Origin: Polyangiales bacterium
GTDB taxonomy: Bacteria; Myxococcota_A; Polyangia; Polyangiales; JADJQN01
Assembly: GCA_964202905.1 (NCBI GenBank)
Contig: CAXNJO010000003.1
Location: forward strand, 288,001-352,000
Length of the DNA: 64,000 nucleotides
Reading direction: 5' to 3'
Made by a program: the position numbers and the translations under genes
The notes under the pieces: generated by a model
What the model was told of the DNA's origin: nothing
The model's input: only the letters and a program-made list of their open reading frames with translations
The model's database searches: none
Shown: positions 20,579 through 29,498 of the stretch, piece by piece
How the letters are laid out: every line of letters starts with the position of its first letter
Position numbering within the stretch: the first letter of the stretch is position 1

Positions 20579-21237
20579 TCAGTTCGCGGCGGCCCAGGCG
20601 GCGGGGAGCAAGTCGTCGATGGCGTTCGCGGGGTGATCCTGCACGCGGGCGAGGACGTCGGAGAGGTAGTCGAAGGGGTTGATGCCGCGCGATTCGCAGG
20701 TGGCGACGAGCGAGTAGAGGCCGGCGAGGCTTTGGCCGGCGGCGACGTCGCCGACGAAGAGGTAGTTCTTGCGGCCGAGCGCGATCCTACGCAGCGCGCG
20801 CTCGGAGGCGTTGTTGTCGAGCGGGACGCGGGCGTCGTCGAGGAAGACGCCGAGCTCGTCCCACTGGCCGAGCGTGTAGCGGATGGCGGCGCCGATCGGG
20901 CTCTTCGGCGGTTGCTTTGCGTGCTGCGCGTCGAGCCAGTGCTTGAAGCGTTCGCGGATCGGGCCTGCGCGCTGTTTCCGAAACTCCAATTTGGCGGCGT
21001 CAGAAAGTTTGCGTTCCGCGGCCTCGTGTTCGACGCGATAGAGCGCGGTGATCAGGTCGAGCGCCTCCTGCGCGACGGGCGCGGTCTTGATCGACTCGAA
21101 GAAGTAGCGGCGCACGTGCGCATGGCAGGCCGCGCGGCGACGACTCGAGACCTTCTCGATGTCGTTGTAGCCGCTGTAGCCATCGACGAGCAGCACGCCT
21201 TTCGTGTCTTCGAGAAGCGCCTTCGGCGTCGCGCCGC
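20579..21237 (-). mobile_element. IS66-family transposase (TnpC), C-terminal fragment
   Basis: LLVDGYSGY, ACHAHVRRYF, PLDNNASERALRRIALGRKNYLF, GINPFDYLSDVL. Confidence 0.92.
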
Positions 21238-22074
21238 TCAGGGGACCGGCTCGGCGGTGGCCGCGGCGCGCGCGGAGGCCCTCGCCGTGCCGCCCCCCTC
21301 GGAGACTGGCACCGCGATCTCGAAGTCCATGTCGAACCGCATGTCGACGAGCCAACCGTCCGAGAGGCGGACGAAGAAGTCCCCCTCGACGCTCCCCCTC
21401 CCTCCACCGCGCTCCGTCTCCGCGACCGGTCGCTCGTCCACCACCGCGAGCGTGCCGGCCAAGCGGATGTGCGCGTGCAGCTCGTCGCCGCGCGGCTCGA
21501 CCGACACGAGCGTGTAGGCCGCATCGACCGTGTAGCGGTCGGTGCCTCCGTTCGGGTTCCAGCGGAGCGTGCCCTGCCACGCGTCGCCGATCGCGACCGG
21601 CGCCTCGGGATACAGCTCGAACACAGGCTGGGTGTTCGTCGCCGTGCCCTCCGCGGTGGAGGCGGGCCGCCCGCGCTCGTCGAGCAGGCGGATCGAGGGC
21701 GGTGAACACGGTCCGTCGCTCGGCTCGGGGGCCAGCCTCCGCATCAGCTCGCAGCGCGACTGCACCTCGAGGAGACCCGCATTGCTGACGCCGACGATTC
21801 GCTGGACGAAGCTGAACTCCGCCGCGGGGCCCCCTATCCCGTTGATGTTGTAGGCGGTGCGAAGCCGCATTCGCATCGCGGTGCCGAGGCTCGGCTGCAG
21901 GCGCAGCCGGTACGTCGCGGACGGGTCACCCGCGAGCCCGTTCGATGCGCTTCGGGCGGTGGCCTCGCCGCCCGCAGCCCCGGCGGCGCCGCAGCCGAGG
22001 AGGAGCGCCGCAACGGCCGCGAGCCGGGGTTCGACGCGCGGACGAAGGGATGTTTCGCTGCACCGTGTGTTCAT
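21238..22074 (-). CDS. Hypothetical lipoprotein (beta-rich)
   Basis: Lipobox LLGC; 278-aa ORF. Confidence 0.6.
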   Translation of the reverse strand: MNTRCSETSLRPRVEPRLAAVAALLLGCGAAGAAGGEATARSASNGLAGDPSATYRLRLQPSLGTAMRMRLRTAYNINGIGGPAAEFSFVQRIVGVSNAGLLEVQSRCELMRRLAPEPSDGPCSPPSIRLLDERGRPASTAEGTATNTQPVFELYPEAPVAIGDAWQGTLRWNPNGGTDRYTVDAAYTLVSVEPRGDELHAHIRLAGTLAVVDERPVAETERGGGRGSVEGDFFVRLSDGWLVDMRFDMDFEIAVPVSEGGGTARASARAAATAEPVP

Positions 22075-22152
22075 CGGCGGACCGTACTTGCCGCGAAGCT
22101 GCCTCGTCCAAGACCCTCGGGTGGGATTCCCGATCTCGGATTCGATGGTGAG

Positions 22153-22659
22153 ATGGCGGACCTCGGATACGCGCGACCGCTGCGCGCGCTGACTCCGGTG
22201 ACGTATCGACTGCTGCGGAGGCGCGGCTCGACTCTCGCCGGCCTCGGCGCGGTGTTCCGGGTGACGTGGCGGGACGGGGTCGCGGTGCTGCGGGAGCCCA
22301 TCTCGGGGCCTCCGGAGGCCGCCGAACTCGTGTTCGGAAGCTCGTTTTTTCCCGGCTGCCCGCGGCCGCACGGGCCCGTGCAGGTGAACGATGCGTGGAC
22401 CGAGGCCGACCCGCTCGAGCCCTCGATGGTGCTGCAGGCGCGCCTCGTCTCGATCGACGCCGAAGTCGGCACGGCGAGCGTGGAGTGCACCTCGCAGGGC
22501 GTGCTGCCGCAGGCGGACGGGACAACGATGCACCTCCGCGCACGCGATGAGATCGCGATCGGCACGGGACTCTCGGTGCGCGTCACCTGCGACGTGACGG
22601 TCAGCGCCGAGCGCTTTCGGACGACGACCCGAGCGGTCACCGAGCGCGCCCCGCTCTGA
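22153..22659 (+). CDS. Hypothetical protein
   Basis: 168-aa ORF, protein-like composition. Confidence 0.5.
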   Translation: MADLGYARPLRALTPVTYRLLRRRGSTLAGLGAVFRVTWRDGVAVLREPISGPPEAAELVFGSSFFPGCPRPHGPVQVNDAWTEADPLEPSMVLQARLVSIDAEVGTASVECTSQGVLPQADGTTMHLRARDEIAIGTGLSVRVTCDVTVSAERFRTTTRAVTERAPL

Positions 22660-22680
22660 GCTGCGCGGAGCCGCCCGCGC

Positions 22681-22749
22681 CGAACATCGCGACGCAGATC
22701 GCCGGCGAATTCAACGGAATCGGCCAGCTCGGCGAGACGCTCGGCGCCG
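22681..22749 (+). repeat. Duplicated piece of the FG-GAP gene 3' region (copy of 6891-6959)
   Basis: 63 bp with 2 mismatches, extendable to 69 bp. Confidence 0.92.
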
Positions 22750-22946
22750 GCCAACCGGCGCAGCGCGGCGCCTCGGCGCGCGCGTCGCTCTTCGTCGGAG
22801 TCCATGCGCAGCTGCGTATCGGACGCGTGGTGCGATGGCCAAGGCGCTCCGACCGACCCTGACCAACCTCCGCCACTCTCAGAAGAATACGTGAACACCT
22901 CGTCGGCGCTCAGCTCAGCGACACCGTTGACACACAGCGCCACCCC

Positions 22947-23450
22947 ATGAGCAGGATCGCGCTCATGAAGTTGTCCCACTCGCACCGTTTCATCGCATTG
23001 GTCTTGCTCGTTACGTTCTCCGCGATCTCGTCGGGCTGCTACAAGAACGTCGCGATTCGCCCAGACCAGATCCCGCAGCTCAGCGGCATGCCGAGCCCCA
23101 CAGTCGTCGGCCAGTCCGGCAACACCACGATCTACGCAATCCCCGTCGCGACCGTCCTCGCGCCCGACGGGACCAACGTGCAGATTCGCGGCGAGTACAA
23201 CCTCGTGCTTCGCATGAACGGCGGCCAGGAGTTCACTTTCGACCATCCGGTGCGCGGCACGATCGACCCCGGCGGAGTGCTCGACGTCAACGGCGCCAAC
23301 CGGCCGGCGACGCGGTTCAACCTTGGCGATATTCGCGAATCGTTCGTCACGCAGTACGACGCCGTCGCGAGCGTCTTCGCCATCATGGGAGCGAGCCTCT
23401 TGGCCTTCGCGGTCTCCCTGGGCATCACATTTGCCGCCATCGGGCGCTGA
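22947..23450 (+). CDS. Hypothetical lipoprotein with C-terminal TM helix
   Basis: Signal ending SSGC; hydrophobic C-terminus. Confidence 0.7.
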   Translation: MSRIALMKLSHSHRFIALVLLVTFSAISSGCYKNVAIRPDQIPQLSGMPSPTVVGQSGNTTIYAIPVATVLAPDGTNVQIRGEYNLVLRMNGGQEFTFDHPVRGTIDPGGVLDVNGANRPATRFNLGDIRESFVTQYDAVASVFAIMGASLLAFAVSLGITFAAIGR

Positions 23451-23584
23451 CGGGCCTCCCGCATCCGACGCCGCAGCATGTCGAGATTCCCCGGCAACCA
23501 AACCTGCGTTGCGGCGCGCGACAGCCCACCGAAACTGTCCGACTCACACGAATGGCGGATATCCACGGGGCGATTCGAGTCTTT

Positions 23585-23697
23585 GCGCACACGGCACATC
23601 GCGCCCGGTTCGACGGGAGCGCGCCCCCCGCGTGCCTCGATTCGACCGCGACACGCCGACGACGGCGTCGCCGCGATCCCCCGCGCCGACTAGGGCC
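23585..23697 (+). repeat. Right copy of the ~113-bp direct repeat flanking the island
   Basis: Matches 7064-7177; includes the TAG stop of the 23690..24664 gene. Confidence 0.95.
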
Positions 23698-24664
23698 CGA
23701 CGGCCCCGCGGGGCGCGCCCGCCGCGATCCACGCGCGGAGGTTCGCGAGGACGTCGTCGGTCACGCGGAGCGCGTTGAGCGGCATCGGACGCCCGCACAC
23801 CGCGGCGTCGTCCGTCGCGGCGAGCTTCCGCAACAACAGCGAGGCGTCGGGGTTCGCCGTGTCGAGCAGCGCGCCTTCCCCACGGCAGTCGTCGCCCGCG
23901 CGCACCCCGCGGGGCGGCGCGACGAGCTCCGCGTAGCTCGCCTCGGCGTCGTCGACGAACACCTGAAAGCCCGCGCCCGGGTTCCCGCCGTGGCACAGCC
24001 CCGAGGCGCAGCGCGGCACGAGCAGCGCGCCGAACACGCTGTCCCAGCTCGCTTCGACGGGCGCGATGGGCTGCCCCGGCACCACCACGCTCGGCACGCC
24101 GTCCGCCCGCGTGACCGTGCGCTCGACGACGGGCCCGTCGCACGCGAGCCAGTTGCGCAGCACCTCCCGCCCCTCGGACGTCTCGAGCCCCGGCAGCGGC
24201 TCGCTCTCCCCCGACGCGCGCAAGCGTGCGTAGCGCGGCCCCGCCGCGACGACCCGCTGCGCCTCGGGCGACGCCGGAGGCATCGTCCCGGCCACGACCT
24301 CCTCCCAGATCGACGCACGCGCCTGGCGCACGCGAAAGCGCGCGTGCCGCAGCCGCGCGACCTCGTCCGGGACGACACGCGCATCGCTCGACGCGAGCCG
24401 CACGTCGAAATCGAAGCCCGCCGGCACGCCGTGCAGCGCCGCCGCGTCGACGCCCGATGCGTGACAGAACTGCCCGCCGCCGCATGAGCCGAGCAGCAGC
24501 GCCTGCCCTTCGTACGCCGGCATGCCCGTGCTCGTGTCGTAGACGACGCGCTCGGCGGCGACCGGGTCGCACACACCCAGATCCGCGCTGCATCCCGTGC
24601 CCGCGACGAGCGCGGCGACCGCGAGATGCCCCTGCCACGCCACCCGCCGAAGACGCTCGATCAC
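23690..24664 (-). CDS. Lipoprotein, putative di-heme cytochrome c with extended CXnCH motifs
   Basis: Lipobox GTGC; CGGGQFCH...GTMPP and CASGLCH...RPMP...WIAAGA; start approximate. Confidence 0.65.
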   Translation of the reverse strand: MIERLRRVAWQGHLAVAALVAGTGCSADLGVCDPVAAERVVYDTSTGMPAYEGQALLLGSCGGGQFCHASGVDAAALHGVPAGFDFDVRLASSDARVVPDEVARLRHARFRVRQARASIWEEVVAGTMPPASPEAQRVVAAGPRYARLRASGESEPLPGLETSEGREVLRNWLACDGPVVERTVTRADGVPSVVVPGQPIAPVEASWDSVFGALLVPRCASGLCHGGNPGAGFQVFVDDAEASYAELVAPPRGVRAGDDCRGEGALLDTANPDASLLLRKLAATDDAAVCGRPMPLNALRVTDDVLANLRAWIAAGAPRGAVGP

Positions 24665-24850
24665 GCGCCGAGCAAACCATGCTTCCCACCACGCGGGAAG
24701 CCCCGCGCGCCTTGCCTCGCGGAAACGCCGATGGACTGGGCGTGTCTCGACAGCCAGCCGGCTGGCTGTCCGCGGGCGCCGGCGCGACCCCTCGGCCCAG
24801 CGGCGCGCAAGCCGCGCGCCCCACCGCGCGACTCCTGTACCCTTCGCGCC

Positions 24851-26074
24851 GTGCAGACCCCCGACGACGGCCGCGCGTACCGCCGCAAACTCCTCTTCTT
24901 CCTCGGCGTCGCGACCTTCTTCGAGGGCTTCGACGGGATGGCGCTCGCGCAGCTCCTGCCCTCGGTGCAGCGTGATTTCCGCCTGACGGACTGGGCGCTC
25001 GGCGGCCTCGTCGCGCTCGTCAACTTCGGCACGGTGATCGCCTATCTGCTCGTGCGGCAGTCCGATCGCGTCGGCCGCAAACCGGTGCTCGACATCACGA
25101 TCGTGGGATATGCGATCACCTCGTTTCTCTCGGCGTTTGCGCCCGAGGGGATCTCGTTTGCGCTCCTGCAGATGAGCGCGCGCGTCTTCCTGATCGGCGA
25201 GTGGGTCGTCTCCACCGTCTACGCCGCCGAGGAGTTCCCCGCCAACGAGCGTGGGTTTGCGATCGGTCTGATCAATGCCTTTGCGAGCCTCGGCGCGGTG
25301 GTGTGCGCGGGTGTCGTCCCGCTGCTGCTGCGCCTGCCGTGGGGCTGGCGGAGCGTCTACGTCGTCGGGACGATTCCGCTCCTCGCGCTCGCCTTCGCGC
25401 GGCGCGGGATCCGCGAAACCCATCGCTTCTCGCAACTCCCCCTCTCCGAGCGCAAACCCACGGCGCTCTTCCGCGTCTTCGGCACGCCCTATCGCCGCCG
25501 CGTCCTGCAACTCGCCCTCATCTGGGGCCTCACCTATCTCTGCACGCAGACGGCCATCACCTTCTTCAAATCCCGTGCAGTCGATGAATTGCACCGCAGC
25601 GAGGGGGAGGTCGGCACGATCATCAGCGTCGCCGCCGTGCTCTCGATGCCCGCGGTCTTCCTGATCGGGCGCCTCTTCGACCGCTTCGGCCGCAAGCCCA
25701 TCGCGAGTTTCGTCTTCCTCGCGACCGCCCTCGGCTGCGTCGGGGCCTACACGGCGACGAGCACGCCGCTGCTCGTCGTCTCGGCCATTCTCGCCGTCTT
25801 CGGCTGCGCGGCGGTGCTCCCCGTCCTCAACGCCTTCAACACCGAGCTCTTCCCCACGGATCTGCGCGGCGACGCCTTCGCGTGGTCCAACAACCTCCTC
25901 GGTCGCGTCGGCTACGTGCTCTCGCCGCTCGTCGTCGGCGCCGCCGCCGAGCGCTTCGGCTGGGGACCCTCCGTCGCTCTCACCGCGCTCGGCCCGCTCG
26001 TCGCCCTCGTCCTCATCCTCCGCTGGCTCCCCGAGACGAGCGGCAAAGAGCTCGAGGAGACGTCACGGCTCTGA
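24851..26074 (+). CDS. MFS transporter (aromatic acid/sugar porter-like)
   Basis: FEGFD, SDRVGRK and FDRFGRK motifs, ELFPTDLRG, LPET. Confidence 0.93.
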   Translation: MQTPDDGRAYRRKLLFFLGVATFFEGFDGMALAQLLPSVQRDFRLTDWALGGLVALVNFGTVIAYLLVRQSDRVGRKPVLDITIVGYAITSFLSAFAPEGISFALLQMSARVFLIGEWVVSTVYAAEEFPANERGFAIGLINAFASLGAVVCAGVVPLLLRLPWGWRSVYVVGTIPLLALAFARRGIRETHRFSQLPLSERKPTALFRVFGTPYRRRVLQLALIWGLTYLCTQTAITFFKSRAVDELHRSEGEVGTIISVAAVLSMPAVFLIGRLFDRFGRKPIASFVFLATALGCVGAYTATSTPLLVVSAILAVFGCAAVLPVLNAFNTELFPTDLRGDAFAWSNNLLGRVGYVLSPLVVGAAAERFGWGPSVALTALGPLVALVLILRWLPETSGKELEETSRL

Positions 26075-26113
26075 CGAAAGTGAGATTCTCGCGCCCCCGT
26101 ATCCGCCGCCGTT

Positions 26114-26671
26114 TCAGAAGCACAGACGGAATGCAGCGAGGCAAGACGCACTGTCGATTGCGGACAGCCCGCAGGTGACGAGCGCACCGTTTTCGGCAGC
26201 ACAAGCTGCTACGAAACATTCTGAGCCGAGGTCGCCCTCGCAGTTCTCAGCAGCGCAGCAGGATGCGCTCTGCCACTGTCCGAGACATTCGCCAGAGAAC
26301 GCGCACACCTCCGAATTCAGCTTGATGCAGTCGTTGCATGCGCTCCCGAACATGAGCGCACACACGGAGAGGCATTGTGAGTCGCGGCAGGTGACGAAAC
26401 AGTCGGAGGCCGCCGTGGGGCATCTACCCGTTTGATATTCGGGTAGAGCGACGTCACAGGCTGGACCCATGTCGACGTCGCCGAGGTCCATCTCACCGAG
26501 ATCGACGTCGCCGAGGTCCATCTCACCGAGATCGACCCCGCCGTCCGGCATGATGCCCCCGCCCTCATCGACCGTGAAGCTGTCGAAATCGGAGACGACG
26601 GTGCAACCCGCGACCACGAGAAGTGCGGTCAGCCCGCAGCTCCTGATGGAATTTGCACAGAATCGTCGCAT
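26114..26671 (-). CDS. Cys-rich lipoprotein with DLGEMDLGDV linker repeats
   Basis: Lipobox VAGC; many Cys in the C-terminal half; start overlaps the upstream stop. Confidence 0.75.
   Translation of the reverse strand: MRRFCANSIRSCGLTALLVVAGCTVVSDFDSFTVDEGGGIMPDGGVDLGEMDLGDVDLGEMDLGDVDMGPACDVALPEYQTGRCPTAASDCFVTCRDSQCLSVCALMFGSACNDCIKLNSEVCAFSGECLGQWQSASCCAAENCEGDLGSECFVAACAAENGALVTCGLSAIDSASCLAAFRLCF
26471..26536. repeat. 30-bp coding tandem repeat (x2.2)
   Basis: TCGACGTCGCCGAGGTCCATCTCACCGAGA repeated. Confidence 0.9.
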
Positions 26672-27834
26672 CAGAACCTCCCCCCGACGCCGACCGCGCA
26701 GCCGCGGCCATCGCAGGCCGCCGTCGCTGTGACGGGCGTTTCGTCGTCACCATCGACGAGCCACCATGCAAGGCCGAAGCCGATGGCGAGCGCGCCACCG
26801 ACGCCGAAGAGCACGTCGGCCGCGAGCGCCTCGCTGCTCCCGCGATCGACCAACGACTGTGCCTCGCCCGGGCAGAACCGCTCCGCATCGCAGAGCGCAT
26901 CGAGCTCCCCGCGCGTGCCGCGCGCGAGGACCGCGGGCACGATGCCTGCGGCCGCGACGCCAACACCTACGAAGGTGCCCACGATGGCCCACGTCGGTGC
27001 GCCGCCGCCCGAGTCCGTCGCAACCTCGCCCGGCGCGGAACCCGTCTCATTTGCACGCGCGGACGGCGCATCGGCAGAGTTCTCCTGCGCGGGGCCGGAA
27101 GTCGGCGCGGCGGGCGCCACGCGGTCGACGGCGGGCATCTCGCGGGGCGGCGGGGTCACGGTCACCGGTGGCGCGACATGTGCCGTCGTCGTCACGCTCG
27201 TCGCCGCGGGGGTCATCGACGCAGGGGGCGTCGCGGAAATCGGCGCGGGCGGTGTCGCGGACGTCGACGCGCGGGACGCCGCGGTCGTCGGCGCCGGAGG
27301 CGTCGCGGTCGTCGGCGCGGAGGGCGTTGCCACCGCCGCCGGATTCGATGCTGCACTACTCGCCGGAGCGATGGCCGGCGCTGCTGCACCCACACGCGCC
27401 GCGGCGATGGCCTCCGCCTGACGGGCCTGCGCAGCGCGGAGTGCACCGATGCGCGTGCGCACCTCCGCAGCATTGGGCGCGTCGGGCATGGCCGCGAGGT
27501 AGCGGTCGAAGGCCTCGAGTGCCTCGTCGTCACGACGCAGGCGATCCGCGCACTGACCGATGTTGTAGAGCAACGCAGGCCGCGCACTCAGCGTGTAGGC
27601 CTCGCGAAAGCGGGCGAGGGCCGTGTCGTAACGGGCGTCCGCGAAGGCGCGCTTCGCCGCCTCGAAGAGCAGCCGCGCCTCGCCGTCCTGCGCCTCTGAC
27701 GCCGACCCCTGCGAGCGTGGCTGCGCGAGCACGCGAGTCGGCGCCAACCACGCTGCGCTGGCGAGCGCCAGCACCCCGACGAACGCTGCGCCATGCACGC
27801 AGCGCGAATCCCATGCAGCCTGAATGCGTCCCAT
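26671..27834 (-). CDS. Secreted TPR-domain protein with Pro/Ala/Thr linker and C-terminal membrane hairpin
   Basis: ARLLFEAAKRAF...LLYNIGQCADRL...FDRYL; C-terminal VGVGGRF. Confidence 0.85.
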   Translation of the reverse strand: MGRIQAAWDSRCVHGAAFVGVLALASAAWLAPTRVLAQPRSQGSASEAQDGEARLLFEAAKRAFADARYDTALARFREAYTLSARPALLYNIGQCADRLRRDDEALEAFDRYLAAMPDAPNAAEVRTRIGALRAAQARQAEAIAAARVGAAAPAIAPASSAASNPAAVATPSAPTTATPPAPTTAASRASTSATPPAPISATPPASMTPAATSVTTTAHVAPPVTVTPPPREMPAVDRVAPAAPTSGPAQENSADAPSARANETGSAPGEVATDSGGGAPTWAIVGTFVGVGVAAAGIVPAVLARGTRGELDALCDAERFCPGEAQSLVDRGSSEALAADVLFGVGGALAIGFGLAWWLVDGDDETPVTATAACDGRGCAVGVGGRF

Positions 27835-28003
27835 CCTCGTGCCTTCCCGTCGCGGTGGACCCGACGACCGAATGGTCGTGCGGGCGGAGGATGGCGGGGT
27901 TCCCCCACCGTTTCAAGCATGGTGCGCGCGGCGACGCGCCGTGAAGATCGCCTGTTCATCCGCGCGAGCCATGAGAATCGCCGACGTCGTGTCCCGACCC
28001 GAC

Positions 28004-29107
28004 TCACCCCATCGGCCGCGGCTCCGCGCCGTCATCGGTCGCGGTGAAGCGATCGAAGGAGCCGAGCACGCGCACCTCGACGGCCGCCTCCGCGAGCCGG
28101 GCGAGGGCCCGCGCACAGGGCGCATCCGCGCGATGCCCCGCGAGTTCGGCCACGAAGACCCAGGCCCACGGGCGCTCGGGGCTTGGGTGCGACTCGATGT
28201 GCCGCAGGCTCACGCCCTCGTCGTCGAAGGCGCCGAGCGCACGCCGCAGCGCGCCCGGCCCCTCCTCGAGCTCGAAGGCCACGAGGGTGCGGTCGCTCCC
28301 CGTCGGCGCCGCGTCCTGCTGCGCGAGCACCACGAAGCGCGTCGCGTTGCGCTCGTCGTCCTGCACATCGCCCACGAGCACGGGCACCCCCTCGAGCTCG
28401 CCCGCGAGGCGGCTGCCGATCGCGGCGACGCTCGCATCTTCCGCGGCGAGCCGCACCGCCGCGGCCGTCGAGTCCGTCTGCACGAGTTCGGCACCCGGCA
28501 CGTTGCGGTGCAGCCACTCGCCGCACTGCCCGAGCGCCTGCGGATGCGAGGCCACGCGGCGGATCTCCGTGAGCGCGCCCGCGCGCGACAGCAGACACTG
28601 ACGAATCTCGAGCACCAGCTCGCGCTGCACCCGCAGCTCCGAGCGCAGCAGCGCGCGCAGCGTCGTCTGCACCGAGCCCTGCGTCGCGTTCTGCAGCGGC
28701 ACGACGCCATGCGAGGCCTCGCCGCGCGCGACCGCGTCGAACACGCCCTCGATGGTGACCGCGGGCCGCAGCACCGCGCCGCGCCCGAAGAGCCGGATCG
28801 CCGCCGCCTGACTGAACGTGCCCTCGGGGCCGAGATACGCGACCGTGAGCGGCCGCTGCACCGCGAGACACGCGCTCATGATCTCGCGAAACACCGTCTT
28901 CACGGCGAGCGGCGGCAGCTTCCCCGCCGCGAGCGCCGCGACGCGCTCGAGCACGCGCTGCTCGCGCACCGGATCGTACGCGAGCGTGCGCCCCTCCTTC
29001 GCCTTCTCGCGCGCCGTCTCGACCGCGACGCCCGCCCGCTCGACAAGCAGCGCGACGATCGCCTCGTCGATGGCATCGATGCGCGCGCGCAGGTCGTCGA
29101 GGCTCAT
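28004..29107 (-). CDS. pheA: Bifunctional chorismate mutase/prephenate dehydratase
   Basis: LDDLRARIDAID; VAYLGPEGTFS; SHPQALGQC; NATRFVVL; ACT domain with IESHP. Confidence 0.96.
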   Translation of the reverse strand: MSLDDLRARIDAIDEAIVALLVERAGVAVETAREKAKEGRTLAYDPVREQRVLERVAALAAGKLPPLAVKTVFREIMSACLAVQRPLTVAYLGPEGTFSQAAAIRLFGRGAVLRPAVTIEGVFDAVARGEASHGVVPLQNATQGSVQTTLRALLRSELRVQRELVLEIRQCLLSRAGALTEIRRVASHPQALGQCGEWLHRNVPGAELVQTDSTAAAVRLAAEDASVAAIGSRLAGELEGVPVLVGDVQDDERNATRFVVLAQQDAAPTGSDRTLVAFELEEGPGALRRALGAFDDEGVSLRHIESHPSPERPWAWVFVAELAGHRADAPCARALARLAEAAVEVRVLGSFDRFTATDDGAEPRPMG

Positions 29108-29498
29108 GAGGGCTCCGTGGTGCGCGGGGCGTACGCCGACGAATCGAAGAAGGGGAGGTTCACCGGGTGCGCCGACGGTATGGCACGGAGGGACGTGCTC
29201 GCCGTGCGGGACGGGTAGCACGCGAGAAGGTGACGGCGAGCCAGAAGCACGGTCGGCAGAGAGATCCCGATCGGCGTCTCCCGGGCCGCGACATCCGATC
29301 GTTCCCGAGACGAGGCCGCACCGACAACCGCTCTCCGGCGCGTCCAACAACGTCTCAGAATCCCATTCTCGAACTCGACGCAGCGAGTTCGCTGCGCGCG
29401 ACGTGCCGTCTTGGAGGCCTGCTGAAAGACCGATGTAGGGGTGATCGCGTACTGCACGCCTCGCCTCGATGGCGGATTGGCGATCCCTGCGCTCCGCC

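Noticed and set aside
20579..21709. Full-length 376-aa IS66 ORF
   Set aside because: Only the part up to ~21237 is IS66-like; the rest is an off-frame read of the neighbouring lipoprotein gene; no tnpA/tnpB or IRs seen.
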